Shown: positions 36,993-49,694, numbered from the whole stretch's first letter. The stretch is DNA of 63,768 nucleotides, filler included, from Saprolegnia diclina VS20 (GCF_000281045.1; 8 parts of 4 records of this genome joined end to end with filler, not necessarily neighbours in it); one strand, 5' to 3'. Program-made: numbers and translations. Notes: a model not told the origin generated them from the letters alone.

Positions 36993-38810
36993 TCAATGGC
37001 GAAGCGGAATCGCGTGGGCGAATCGACCTGGCGCGTCGGGCGACGCGACGTACAGGAAGCGCCACTTCTTGATGTCAAAGACGTAGAAGCCGTGGGCGTG
37101 CCAATGGAGCGAGACGAGGCCGGCCATGAGGCCAGACGCCTTGTCCATGTAGTCGAGGCCGTTGAGCTTGTGCGTTCGGAGCATGTACTTGCCGGCCGAC
37201 GAGAGGAAGAGCGACGTCGGCGTACTCGACGTCTGTCGTGTCGAGACAAACGAGAGGCCAACACAACTACAACACACAGCGAGCGTGTACCACAGCCGGC
37301 GCACGGACCCCAGTTGCACGTAGCCACTCGAACACGTGAGCACTTGGTCCATATCGAGGGCGACGCACGACCGCTCCAAGCGTGCATCGTACGTGGCGGG
37401 CGAGACGCTGATCCACACAAACATAACGAGCCACGCGAGCAGCGCACTCCGCGTGGCGTAGACCGGCGTCGTAGCTTTCGTGTAAACGCTCAACGTGTCG
37501 TTGAGGACGTACACGAGCCAGTTGACTTCGCCAGAGACGAGGAGACGCGTGTACCATGGCACCACGGGCGTAGTAAACGCCGAGACGGCGCCAACTTGGG
37601 TGAGCGAAATGGCGCTCGTATGCAGACAGACCATCGCGGTCACGCTTCGGAGGAGCAGGCACGGCCGGCCGATCCAGACAAGACCGATCGTGCGGTTCAT
37701 CTGGAAGAGGTTGCGTCCTTCGATGTGCAGGAGGCTGCTCATCATGTAGAGAGCAATCGTCATGGCAAGCAGCACGAACACCACCGTCATGTACTGCACC
37801 GAGGTGAGCAGCACAATGGCCAAGTCGTGCCGGATCTCGGCTGGATTCGGGCGCATACTGTGCGTCAGAAGCGGCCCCGAGATGGCCGTGAGCGCACCGG
37901 AGTCACCAGCGAAACGCACGACTTCGCGCGTGCCGGCCGCCCACCCATAGAGAAACACCCAGCCGTAGAACGGCCACGACGCATCTTGCGCCTGGTCGTC
38001 GTCGAAGATGTTGGCATGGAAGAGCGACGGTACTGAGGCATTCAAAATGAACTGCACAAACTGAACGTCGAGCTGCCGCACGCTGGCTTCAAGACCCGGC
38101 GCGAGCTCGTTGGGCGCCGCAAAGGACGCATTGTACAGTGTCAGAAACAACTGCATCGCACGGTAGACGTCGCTGCACGAATAGGCCGCTGTAAAGTCGT
38201 AGGCGCAGAGACTCGAAAGAGTCTTGGTCGAGATCGCCCGCGATGCGCTGTACCCGGCGAGCGCAAACAGCAGCTGAAATTTGTCTGGGGACGTAAATTC
38301 AAACACGAGGGTATGGCACGCGGTCGATGGTGTGAACGCGCGGTAGAGAGGTGACGCGACGATGATCGACACGTGCAGCGGTGACGCGGCGAGGTCATCG
38401 CCGCAGAGAAGATTTCCACCCACAAAGGCAATGTCGGTATAATTCAACGCCTTTGGGAAAGGCCCGACGTACTGCTTGAGCGGAAGGGATAGAAACGCCG
38501 CTTGCGCGTCACGGTCCGTCACCAACAGTCGGTTCAGACTCGAGAGCATGCGGTGGTACCACGATAGCAGCGACGCCGGACACGGCACGTAGACCATGTC
38601 CACGCTGCCAAACGGCCCGATCGTCGATGCCAGCAGCGTCAGTCCGGCCGGAAGTGGACTCGGGAGCGTGAGGTTCTGTGTCAGTAGCATCGCGCTCGTC
38701 ACGTTGGCAAAGGCAAAGCGCGCGCTCGCACGCAGCAGACTACGCCCACCGACAAACGTCGTGTTGGTCGCAATGGCCCAGAGGTCGGACGCAAACGACC
38801 AGTACATCTT
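36993..38810 (-). CDS. C-terminal half of a second giant multi-TM family protein
   Basis: 604-aa open frame colinear with the 3' half of 28290-33761 (GRNLFQMNRTIGLVWIGRP, SGEVNWLVYVLND, DIKKWR). Confidence 0.82.
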   Translation of the reverse strand, partial: KMYWSFASDLWAIATNTTFVGGRSLLRASARFAFANVTSAMLLTQNLTLPSPLPAGLTLLASTIGPFGSVDMVYVPCPASLLSWYHRMLSSLNRLLVTDRDAQAAFLSLPLKQYVGPFPKALNYTDIAFVGGNLLCGDDLAASPLHVSIIVASPLYRAFTPSTACHTLVFEFTSPDKFQLLFALAGYSASRAISTKTLSSLCAYDFTAAYSCSDVYRAMQLFLTLYNASFAAPNELAPGLEASVRQLDVQFVQFILNASVPSLFHANIFDDDQAQDASWPFYGWVFLYGWAAGTREVVRFAGDSGALTAISGPLLTHSMRPNPAEIRHDLAIVLLTSVQYMTVVFVLLAMTIALYMMSSLLHIEGRNLFQMNRTIGLVWIGRPCLLLRSVTAMVCLHTSAISLTQVGAVSAFTTPVVPWYTRLLVSGEVNWLVYVLNDTLSVYTKATTPVYATRSALLAWLVMFVWISVSPATYDARLERSCVALDMDQVLTCSSGYVQLGSVRRLWYTLAVCCSCVGLSFVSTRQTSSTPTSLFLSSAGKYMLRTHKLNGLDYMDKASGLMAGLVSLHWHAHGFYVFDIKKWRFLYVASPDAPGRFAHAIPLRH

Positions 38811-38910
38811 NNNNNNNNNNNNNNNNNNNNNNNNNNNNNNNNNNNNNNNNNNNNTTAATTAATTAANNNNNNNNNNNNNNNNNNNNNNNNNNNNNNNNNN
38901 NNNNNNNNNN

Positions 38911-40145
38911 AACACGGTGCCGTGGGAGCGCCAATGTGAGGCCCGCACCAGCCACGCCGGTGCGGCCAGCTGCTCGTGGGAGACAATCGAGCGTACATGA
39001 TCGGCGACCGTGATGCTCTGCGGGTCTCGGCCAAACCAAATGCCGAGTACGACCTGCCACGTCGCTTGGGCCCGTGAGCACTGGACAAACGTGTGAGCAC
39101 TGCCATCAGGCTCGCCGCAATGCGGACACGTCGGTGCTGTTGCTGCCGTCTGGAACGGAAACGCCTGGAGGTGCCAGCGGTACTGTAGCCAACGCACGGC
39201 CCCGGAATACGGCAAGTGCTTCCATGACGGTTTCCACGTGGCTTCGTCGTGCGGGATCGCGAGCTGCTCGCACAGCTTTTGACGTCGCACTTGATAGCGA
39301 TCGAGTGATGGAGGCAACCGTGTCAATTCCTTGACAGCGTGACGGCTGACGACGCGTTCGAGAGGGACACGCCGACGCACCGAGCATTTGACCCACGCAG
39401 ACGGCAGGTAGATGCGGTTTTGTGCTTGAGGCAGTTGAGCTTGGGCCTTGGCGCCGTGGGCAAGAGCGAGAAGATACAGCCATTGCAAGTGCGCTCGGTC
39501 CGCGAAGGTCGCCGGTCGCGTTGGTCGGAACCATAGCGGACCCTCGTGAGAGCACGTTGCAAAGGCGGTGGCCAACGTTGCGTACGGCGAGTGGCGCACA
39601 GCCCGACCAGTGGAATCCGGTAGCCATGCGTTGTTCGCGATCGGCTGGTACCACAGAAAGTGCCGACGTCCCGGATCCATGCGGCGTACCGTCGCTAGAT
39701 GCGAGGCCCAGCGCTTGTCGTGTTCGGGGACATGTACGCGGCATGTGTCGTCCGCGCCCCACACGAACGTAATGGCCGTGCGAGCCCATTGAAAAAAGTC
39801 GAGTTTCGCTTGCAGGTCCGCCGTGTGCGGTCGGTCCGCGCGTCCCAACGCATTGCAAAGCAGCCGATAGCCACAATCGAGCACCGTGTCTGTCGGGGCC
39901 GCCCGCAATGGCCGCGCTGGTACGTGGCAGACCTTGTCGAGGAGGCCGGCTTGCGGCAGGGCCGACAGGCCGACTTGACTGGCCGCTGTACCAGCGGTAA
40001 GGACGAGCCGGACGACGCGTCGCACGGCTTGTTGGTTGCAGACAGCTTCCATGTTGGGAATGCCCCATCCTTGGTGTGCGCGCGGCGACTGGAGAATCGC
40101 CTTGGGGACGTACTGAGGTAGGCGACCGCCCGTGCCGACAGCCAA
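38911..40145 (-). mobile_element. 5'-truncated L1/Tx1-like LINE, post-RT region with zf-RVT
   Basis: LQSPRAHQGWGIPN motif and zinc knuckle CPHCGEPDGSAHTFVQCSRAQATW in a >400-codon open frame. Confidence 0.78.
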
Positions 40146-40614
40146 GTTTGGGGAGGTCCGTTTTTAAAAATTGCTATATTTACGTATAAAAACGACTGCT
40201 GGGGATGCTCTCAGGGGCAATCGCTGGCTCTAGCGTCAGCTTGATGGCGAAAGACATGCCAGCAACACCAGGGTACAGGTACAGGGCACAGAAATATTAT
40301 GCACCCATGTGCAATGATATCTGGTACAGTCCATGACTCATGGCCCATGACTGTTCGTGCCACCTCCAGTGGGCCTGTACTCGAGCTTTGATTGCAATGC
40401 CAAGCTGAAGGGGACGCGACCTTGTTTCTACTCCGTCGTGACTGTCCGTCTTGCTCAAGGAGCACCGGCAGCCTGCTCACAGTGCAGTACCGGTAAACTC
40501 CCACAAAAGCCAGAAGTAAATCCACTCGGCGAGCATCCGATTGGCTCTTTCTCCACCAATCACAATGCTCGGAGCTTCGATCTGCGACGGAAGAACCAAA
40601 TTTCAATTGCCGAG

Positions 40615-41204
40615 ATGACCCCGGCGCCATTGTGGCACAACTCGGTCGTCCGCCTTCTCCTGCTCGGTACGCTGGACGACGGAAGCTCGCTGCGTAGACT
40701 GCGAGGCCAAACCGATGTTCTCAAGGCCATCGTCGACCATCTCCGGGCGATCTGGCGGGCGCAACTCAAGACCGACCAGCGCGGCTACGTCCAACTTGGC
40801 GATGCCATTATATCTTTTCACACGCCGCGCGAGACGCCGATCCCAAACGTCCCTCAACGCATTACGTTTCCACCGCCGCTCACGCACATTGTCGATAGCG
40901 AGACGCAGCCTCAGCCCTTCCAGGTCAACATGATGCCCTTCATCATTGGTCGAGCCGAGACGACACTGCCACCCGAGTGTCGGCGCTATGCACCGCTGCT
41001 CAACCGATGTCGCTACCACGACGAGTACGGTCAAGTAGGATACCTCACGATCCACGAAGGCATCGTCGAGGCCGACACCTCCCAACGTCGCCCGGGACTC
41101 CACGTCGAAGCGCCGTCCGCTGCCAAGCTCCAGCGCTTTCTGGGCGCTGGCGAAGCGCACCACGAGTGGGCAGAAATTCGCTGGGGACGTGGTTGGATTA
41201 TACA
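40615..41204 (+). CDS. 'MTPAPLWHNS' family protein, copy 2 (3' part in gap)
   Basis: Paralogue of 53682-54691; upstream 40209-40614 is homologous to 53378-53681. Confidence 0.78.
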
Positions 41205-41304
41205 NNNNNNNNNNNNNNNNNNNNNNNNNNNNNNNNNNNNNNNNNNNNNNNNNNNNNNNNNNNNNNNNNNNNNNNNNNNNNNNNNNNNNNNNNNNNNNNN
41301 NNNN

Positions 41305-41931
41305 CGGGCGGCATGTACGGTCTCTTCCCCAAGCTCGGCGCCAAGGCCGTCGGCGCGTGCTACAAGCCGGGCCAGACGCTGGACCTCAACATCCAAATCT
41401 ACGTACCTCTTTGTGCCGCACCCGGCGCTCGTGTATCGCACAACACTTGTCGTGCACCCTGGCGAGCGCATTTACTGTCCTACGTGGCAGAGTATGGTCG
41501 AGATCGTCATGTGGGAAACGACGCTCCGAAACCGGACACTTGTGCACCATGTGCGCCAAAAGATCTCGGACAAAATGGCCGCAATCAATATGGGGCGGCT
41601 CGCGTTCTCCGTGTTCGGCACAGAATATCTCGTGAGCGCCGCCGAGACGGTCGCCGATATGCTGCTCGACGGCGTCATGGACAAGGTCATCCACAACATT
41701 CTTGAGGCTGCAATCGACCTTGTCATTGGCGAGTTGGCTGCGACGGTGGACGGTGCACTTGCGGCGCGGGAAAACGCGGCGCTTCGCCACGCCCGCGCAG
41801 AGGCCCGTGGGACAAGGTTGACATGGAAGAGGATTCGCTTTACGATGGATTTGCTTGTCGAGCAGCGTCAATTCAAGATCGAGCGCGATGCCACCAATAG
41901 ACTTGCTGTCGATGACGCGGGCTTTTCGTAG
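41305..41931 (+). pseudogene. Chimera: ~95 bp of LPMO coding DNA joined to a 5'-truncated 'MGIKLRNDT' gene
   Basis: 41305-41399 matches ~59927-60021; 41400-42058 matches ~55781-56439. Confidence 0.7.
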
Positions 41932-43028
41932 TTCCAATGCCATAGTCATTCATTTATAACGCACGCATCATTTTTTCATAGCATATATGTGTTAGCAAGG
42001 TAGTATGGACCGCCGTCACGCTATACTGCAAAGCGAATTGTTGGCTTAGGCGTTGTAGAGACGATGGCATCTCGTCGCTGATATGCTTATAGTATCAAGG
42101 AGGCTGCGAGCGTTGATCGAATAACAGCACCATCAGTTCTCTGAAGTCATCTCNNNNNNNNNNNNNNNNNNNNNNNNNNNNNNNNNNNNNNNNNNNNNNN
42201 NNNNNNNNNNNNNNNNNNNNNNNNNNNNNNNNNNNNNNNNNNNNNNNNNNNNNNNNNNNNNNNNNNNNNNNNNNNNNNNNNNNNNNNNNNNNNNNNNNNN
42301 NNNNNNNNNNNNNNNNNNNNNNNNNNNNNNNNNNNNNNNNNNNNNNNNNNNNNNNNNNNNNNNNNNNNNNNNNNNNNNNNNNNNNNNNNNNNNNNNNNNN
42401 NNNNNNNNNNNNNNNNNNNNNNNNNNNNNNNNNNNNNNNNNNNNNNNNNNNNNNNNNNNNNNNNNNNNNNNNNNNNNNNNNNNNNNNNNNNNNNNNNNNN
42501 NNNNNNNNNNNNNNNNNNNNNNNNNNNNNNNNNNNNNNNNNNNNNNNNNNNNNNNNNNCCTGAGGACCGAGTCTTCAGCGTAATCGTTGCTGTCGTTCCC
42601 AGACTTTAAGCCATGACGGGTAATCGTAATCTTGCTTTCGCCAATACAAGCAACCAAGCTATCGCGCTGCTGTGATAGAAGCACCATGCAGTGTCGAGCC
42701 TGCATAGAACAACGCCACTTGAGGAGTCCCTTTCTTGTACGAGGCCTTTCCTGTTGATACGCGCATACTGTACGTGCTCGATCTCAAGTGTCGTCGGGTT
42801 CGAAGGGCTGGCGCTTCTTGACAATGCACTGACAAGGATGCGAAAGAAATACTGTTATTACTTATCCCAATGGTTGCAGAACACGAGAATCGTGTCACCC
42901 ATCTCGGGCAGACGAGGAGGTTGCCTCGAGTCTCATTGGGCGAGGCAGGGAGCCGCACGCATTGTGGCTTCGACCATCACTCGAAAGCGGTGACAGACCT
43001 GTGTCACCACCTTCAAGGACTAGCCACA

Positions 43029-43243
43029 GCATTCTTGAGGCTGCAATCGACCAAGTCATTGGCGAGTTGGCTGCGACGGTGGACGGTCACTTGCGGCGCG
43101 TCGCCCGCGCAGAGACCCGTGGGACAAGGTTGACGTGGAAGACGATTCTCTTTACGATGGATTTGCTCGTCGAGCAGCGCCAATTCAAGATCGAACGCGA
43201 TGCCACCAACGGACTTGCCGTCGACGTCGCGGGGTTGGCGTAG
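43029..43243 (+). pseudogene. 3' fragment of a 'MGIKLRNDT' gene with internal deletion
   Basis: ILEAAIDQVIGELAATVDG...FTMDLLVEQRQFKIERDATNGLAVD; no 5' half. Confidence 0.75.
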
Positions 43244-43355
43244 TTCCAATAGTCATTCATTTATAACGCACGCATCATTTTTCATAGCATATTTGTGTTA
43301 GCAAGGTACTATGGACTACCGTCGCGCTACACTGCAAAGCGAATTGTTGTTTGGC

Positions 43356-43799
43356 TTAGACGTTGTAGCCAAGCAAGACGTCCTTGGGGCTGCAGTCGCA
43401 CGAGCCCGGCGTGTACGATTCCGTGTGCGTCGCAACCTGCGCGAGGACACAGGTTGGGCAAAAGCACGCACAGCAAACGTCCTCGCAGCAGCTGCCGGGG
43501 ATTCGGAAGCGGTCGCGGACTTCACCGCGGATGCAGAGAATGGGGAGACCGGCGCACAGCGTAAAGAGCAAGCACGAACTCCAGAAGGACCCGGTCAAGC
43601 GGTGGCGCGTCTGCGCGTACGAGATGCACGGGCAGCACCACGTCATCAAGCAGTTGGGGACACATGCGTCACAGCAACCGAAAATACCGGCCTTCCATTG
43701 ACCGAGGAGGATGCCGTTCTGGTCGACGTTGTTCTTGCCATGCGCTGGCTGAGTGGCAGCTCTGCCAGCCTCCAAGTCGTGCGGGGCGCTGGTGCTCAT
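43356..43799 (-). CDS. PLAC8/Cys-rich family protein
   Basis: GQWKAGIFGCC...CLMTWCCPCISYAQ...IRGEVRDRFRIPGSCCEDVCCACFCPTCVLAQ. Confidence 0.9.
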   Translation of the reverse strand: MSTSAPHDLEAGRAATQPAHGKNNVDQNGILLGQWKAGIFGCCDACVPNCLMTWCCPCISYAQTRHRLTGSFWSSCLLFTLCAGLPILCIRGEVRDRFRIPGSCCEDVCCACFCPTCVLAQVATHTESYTPGSCDCSPKDVLLGYNV

Positions 43800-45204
43800 G
43801 TTGGAAGAAGCGCGCAGAGGAGGCAAAAGACAAAGTGAGTTAGTTCATCAAATCGGTGAACGAGCTTAGATGTTCGATCCGGAACCTTCCGCGACTTGTC
43901 CGATGCGCCATTTTGCACGCGGTTGTATTCCGCACCGGGTTGAATATACTCGAGAGAAGAGAAGGACATGGGGCCCGAAGGATAGAAGAGTAGAAAGAGT
44001 AGAACACACGTCACGCGTTTATGTGGTCTTTCATGGATCCCACCTCATGATGATATCTCACAATACGAAGGAAACTTCTCCGCCCTCAACACACTGGTGA
44101 CACGCATGAGCGACCACCTCGTCTAGTCTTTTGTATGCCGAGTCGGCGTTGCGGCCCATTTGGTAGCTAGCTTTCTGGTTGCAGCGTTTTCTTTTTAAGA
44201 ACAACACAACAATCTCACTTGTAGACAGCGATGCTACAAAAAGGAAGAATATACACAATCGCGCTCAAAATTTGTACTGTCGCAGCGAACTCGTATCCTT
44301 GTGGCAATGACCAAGGCAGGACACAGCGTTGATGGGCAGGACGATTCATTCGCACATCGCATTGATCGGTCGGGCAAAATGCAGCATGTAGTTCTTCCAA
44401 GTACATACGTAGGAACTGCTTCTTTCCATTCTGTCGTCATGAGCAATGGGCAATTGCACGGTGGGTTGTATTCAATAGACTCACTTCAACAACAACGGTG
44501 GGTTGTGTTCGCCATGTCATTTGTCTGGAACGACTACACTACCACCAATTTAAAGCGCATATTTCGGAACATCCCATATTGATGCGAAAATTGTTATTTG
44601 AATTCGGCATGTTGCACCATCACCTTGGCTGGAGCGGACACGAGATTAGAGCACGGCTTGTCAGCGATAGCTCTTCCTTCCTTCATAGAGTATCGCACGA
44701 GGCGATACGGCCAACCTCAGGACTCAGCAAGTGCGATCCAACCTCCCTATCCAGTTGCGTGGACGCAAAAGCTCATTTGGCAACCATCACCTCGTCTTTC
44801 AGGTAAAACCAAGGCCAATGGCCTTGGTAACACCTTTGTCTACCACCAACTCAGAAAACCAGGGACAAAATCAGCGCACCGCGGCTTCGTTTTTCCATCA
44901 AAGGGCGCTTATCCAATTGACATCCCAAGCTGCGAGGGATGCTGCACGCCCTAGTACTCGGGTGTTCGTCCTACTCAAGGAAACACTTTGATCCTTCAAC
45001 TGGTTCATTTGACGTGAGTGCAACTGACGAGATGTAATCTTTACTCCTGACGTTGTGCGAACTTGGTGCGATGCGAGTAGAAATGCGGAGGGAAATCCAC
45101 TGGCGAGAACGTCCAATTGAATCTTCCATCAATCATGATGCATAAAGCCACCAATCACAGAGCACGGCGTTGCGATATGCGCGCATCAAACTCCTTTCTA
45201 CGCG

Positions 45205-46399
45205 ATGACGCCGGCGCCATTGTGGCACAACTCGGTCTTATGGCTTCTCCTGCTCGGTACGCTCAACGACGGAAGCTCGCTGCGTGGGCTGCGAGGCCAA
45301 ACCGATTTTCTCATATCAGGAGTCGCACTTGTTGCCGGCAAAAGGGGCAAAGGAGGTGGTCGGCGAGGCGGGTCGAGACTTAGCAGGCCGAAGCCAAATC
45401 GAAACTGCGTCGAGGTTTGGCTGGCCTTTGCCTGCTCCTCCTAAAAACTATATTTCTACTCTCTACCGATACGTTGAAACGCCCAAGGCCATCGTCGACC
45501 ATCTCCGGACGATCTGGCGGGCGCAACTCCGAACTGACCAGCGCGGCTACGTTCCACTCGGTCACGTAAATCTGCCATTTGACGCGCCACGCGACACACC
45601 GATCCCGCACCGCTCTCAACTCGTTACCTTTCCACCTCCGCTTACGCACATTGTCGATGGCGAGACGCAGCCCAAGCCCTTCCAGGTCAACATGATGCCC
45701 TTCATCATTGGCCAAGCCAAGACAACGCTGCCGCCCGTGTGTCGGCGCTACTTGCCGCTGCTCGAACCCGGGTGCCTATTATGTACCCGTGGCTCGGGCG
45801 CTGCCGCTACCACAACAAGAACGGAAAGGTCGGGTATCGTACGATCCACGAAGGCATCGTCGAGGCCGACACCTCCCAACGTCGCCCGAGGCTGCGCGTC
45901 AAAGCACGGTCCGCTGCCAAGCTCCAGCGCTTTCTGGGCGCTGGCGAAGCACGCCACAAGTGGGCTGAGATTCGCTGGGGACAAGGCTGGACGATCCGCC
46001 ACGAGCTCCAAGGTGGTATCAACAAGGCCTCCACGGTCGCCAAGTCTTGTGGAGTACGTACGACCCTCATCATCTGAGTGTATACTCCTGGGTCTGGGAC
46101 AAGATCGTCGCGGACGAGAACGATATTGTTGGCGCGCACGGGGACACGAACGTGCTCCACGGTATCTTGGACCCCGACCGTGATGGGTACTACGGGCCGC
46201 AAGCCCACGAGCTGTACTGGATCACGGATCGAAGTCCTTTCCAGTGACGAGAACGCAATTTCGGCAGTATTTTCGCTTTGTCACGAGCAACGTCTCGCAC
46301 TGGTTTGCAGAGCACTCGACGCCCAACCCGCTAGGCATTCAGCCCACGGCCACAATCGTCTACGGCAACAAGTTTACGGCGCACTTGAGTACCGAGTAG
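45205..46399 (+). pseudogene. 'MTPAPLWHNS' family copy 3, disrupted
   Basis: ~170-bp insertion at ~45314-45484, small insertion near 45765-45795, deletion near 46230; frameshifts. Confidence 0.8.
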
Positions 46400-46561
46400 T
46401 GGCGGTGCAGTGGTCATTGCTCGTGCAACTGTATTCACGCATTTTAAACGCTTTACATGAACCAAGTTCAATTCACGTGCGATGCAACCCAAGTCGCCGC
46501 GTTGTCGATACCTAAAATGCGTTGTGTCCAATGACCGACAGGCCCAAAATAAAAAAATATT

Positions 46562-46634
46562 TGGTCTTACCCGGACTTGAACCGGGGACCTTCTCCACGT
46601 CAAGGAGACGTGATAACCGCTACACTATAAGACC
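46562..46634 (-). tRNA. tRNA-Val(GAC)
   Basis: GGTCTTATAGTGTAGCGGTTATCACGTCTCCTTGACGTGGAGAAGGTCCCCGGTTCAAGTCCGGGTAAGACCA: 73 nt, acceptor GGTCTTA/TAAGACC, anticodon stem TCTCC/GGAGA with loop TT-GAC-GT, T-arm CCCGG-TTCAAGT-CCGGG, downstream T-run. Confidence 0.95.
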
Positions 46635-48101
46635 AGCTTCATGATTGCATATAAAATGTGAATATATAATGAATGTATTGTTGAGTATTGTTGAGATTTA
46701 TCAATACTTAAAGGCCCCAAGTGCACGGAATACACTTGGGACGTGTCCTTGCACAGCGCCTTTCCTGTCACTTCCACACTCTCCAAACTAAAGGGGTCGA
46801 TCTAACGAGCAAGTCGTTGTACAGGCTAGAACGTTGTTGATGTATGCGTCCGTGCTGTACTCCAAATGCTGACCAAACCAGTCGAGACCGAGCTTGCGCA
46901 GCAGGGTCGCCGAGCAGCGACGTCGCAGTCGACCCAAAAGGCGTCCTGGTGAGCGTGACGACCCTCGTGCATCCCACATCGCGATGGCTTCACTCATACG
47001 CAAACTACAAGTCGCCACTTCTGGCACAGAAAATGTTTCAGTTTTGCGGCGTTGGGGCACTGTCCGCAAAAGCGCACTCGCAACAACGGATTCGGTCTCA
47101 GTAGCCGTACACTTGATATATCGCTACGTCCGGATAAACATTATTACCTGGAACTATCAACCTATCCGATCTGCAGGCACATGCAGCATGTTCACGCAGA
47201 CGCAGGATGAAGTTGCCATTCCTGTTATATAAAAATTCAAGTTCTGCGGCGCTGAGGGACTACCTCATCGTGAGGACCCGCAACAACCGATTCAGTCACA
47301 GAACCCCGACCTTCGACAACTTGATACTTCCGGATATACTTATCCGTGAATTANNNNNNNNNNNNNNNNNNNNNNNNNNNNNNNNNNNNNNNNNNNNTTA
47401 ATTAATTAANNNNNNNNNNNNNNNNNNNNNNNNNNNNNNNNNNNNNNNNNNNNCAAGATCAACCGGAGGGTTATAATGGACGACTTGTGATCCGAATACA
47501 GAGGACGGCGCAGCGACCCTATCGTCCAGTACAAGCAACGAATCCGGTTGCCATCAAGGGTATTGTTAATAACAATACGTGTAGTATAACAATTTATTAT
47601 ACTACACTATTTGACGCTATCATGGACTCCACAAGTAACGTCAGCCGTAATGCCATCTGTGCTGGGTATTATTGCTTGACGAGCTTGTGAAGCCCACACC
47701 ATGTTACTTTCTTCCTTGGGACTCAAACGAGCTCAAACCGACGCCAACTGCATTTTCCTGCAAGTGGTCGTTGCTGTTTACGCGTCGCCGCTGCAGTCGC
47801 ATGCCCGCATTGGACACGGATGCTACCAAGCTTCAGCCGGGTGGCGGACAACTTGTTTTCTATTGGCGGCGAGCAGCTGCTGTCATGTGCCAACTCGATC
47901 TACCACGGATGTTTCTTTGAACATTCCATTGTCCACGCGGCATTGGCGTTTTAGAGTCGTGGCACCCTCGCCACTGGTTGTGTCATGTTGCCGTTGCCGC
48001 GCCATAGAATGATGGTTTCAGGACGCGAATGTAGGCGGTCCCAATCGATGCTCTCAGTAACTCAGTTTTGAATTGGCTTGATCGCAGCGTCTTTGCAAAC
48101 A

Positions 48102-49594
48102 ATGCTATCGAGTCCCACCAACAACGATGCTTGTGCATATGCACCGAGCTCGACGCCAAAAGCCGGCGCGCCTCCCATCGCGAAGACGCCGGCCATGGTG
48201 TCTGTCGCCAAGCTCTTTTCGTTTGCCGACACCACCGACAAGGTCCTCGTCACGCTCGGCACCCTGAGCGCGATGACCACGGGCGTCCTTCAGTGCATTC
48301 AGATCGTCTTCTTTGGTGACGCGCTCAACGCCGTTGGCCCCAACCGCCTGAGTGACGATTCCGACAACTTTCGCTCGGGCATCCGCCGCGTCGTGATCCA
48401 GTTTGCCGCTGTTGCGGGAATTGCGCTTCTGTGCGGCCTCGCGCAGATTGCGTGTTTTTCGATTGCGGCGGCGCGCCAGACGAAGCGCCTTCGCCACGCC
48501 TACGCGTCGGCCATCCTTCGCCAAGAAGTCGGCTGGTTCGACATCAACGATCCCATGCAACTCGCGACGCGGGTCGCGGATACGACGCTCATCATCCAAG
48601 AAGGTCTTGGGCGCAAGGTTGCGGACGCCATCAACTTTTCCACCATGGGTCTCACGGGCGTCATCATCTCCTTGGTATACGGCTGGGAGCTCGCGCTCGT
48701 CTTGCTGGCCGTCTCGCCGCTTGTCGCTGGCAGCGGCTACTGGATGATCAAGGCGATCACCACGGCCACCCAAGCCGGCGTCGACGCGTACGCCGAGGCG
48801 GGCGGCATCGCACAAGAAGCGCTGAGCAACATTCGCACCGTGCACGTCTTCAACGCCATAACGTCGTTCGCGCTCAAGTATAAGGCAGCGCTGGCAAAGA
48901 CGGAAACCGCCGGCCTCAAGAAAGGCGTCGCCATCGGCGTTGGCACGGGCGGCATGTTCTTTGTCATATTTTGCACGTACGCGATCGGTATGTACTACGG
49001 CGCGGTCAAGGTCGCCGATGACCAGATCACCGGGTCGTGTGTCGGCAGCGGCTGCTACGACAGCGGTCGCGTCCTCGTCATCTTCTTCTGCATCATCATG
49101 AGCTCGATGGCGCTCGGCCAAGCCAGCCCCGGTATCCAAGCCATCTTTGCGGCCCGTGCAGCTGCCCAAGGCGTCTATGAACTCATCGAGCGCGAGTCCA
49201 AGATCGACGCGGCCGCAACGTCGGGCACAACCTTGCCGTCTGTCCGCGGTGACATCACACTGGCCAACGTCTCGTTTGCGTACCCGTCGCGACCGGACGT
49301 CCGCGTCTGCGCCGGTTACTCGCTCACGATCCCAGCAGGCCAAAAGATTGCCCTCGTCGGTGCGAGTGGTAGTGGCAAGAGCACGATTGTCTCGCTCCTC
49401 GAGCGCTTCTACGACCCGCTCTCCGGCAATGTTCTGCTCGACGACTACGACCTCAAGGACCTCAACCTCAAGTGGCTCCGGTCCCAAATTGGTCTCGTGG
49501 GCCAAGAGCCGTGTCTGTTTCAGGACACGATTGCCAACAACATTCGCCACGGCAAGCCGGACGCAACGGTCGACGAGGTGATTGCGGCCGCCAA
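48102..49594 (+). CDS. ABCB (MDR/P-glycoprotein-like) transporter, N-terminal half; truncated by gap
   Basis: ILRQEVGWFD, EALSNIRTV, FAYPSRPD, Walker A GASGSGKST, ERFYDP, IGLVGQEP. Confidence 0.93.
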
Positions 49595-49694
49595 NNNNNN
49601 NNNNNNNNNNNNNNNNNNNNNNNNNNNNNNNNNNNNNNTTAATTAATTAANNNNNNNNNNNNNNNNNNNNNNNNNNNNNNNNNNNNNNNNNNNN

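Noticed and set aside
40357..41931. 524-aa fusion ORF (oxygenase-like + orphan)
   Set aside because: Read-through of an N gap and of the chimeric junction; the two are separate genes in the intact cassette.
43900..45100. Short ORFs here and at 50570-52000
   Set aside because: No recognisable motifs; composition looks non-coding or like decayed sequence.
48105..49550. Long antisense or alternative-frame ORFs (also 57489-58901, 57496-58704, 36831-38036)
   Set aside because: Shadows of GC3-rich coding strands and repeats; no independent motifs.
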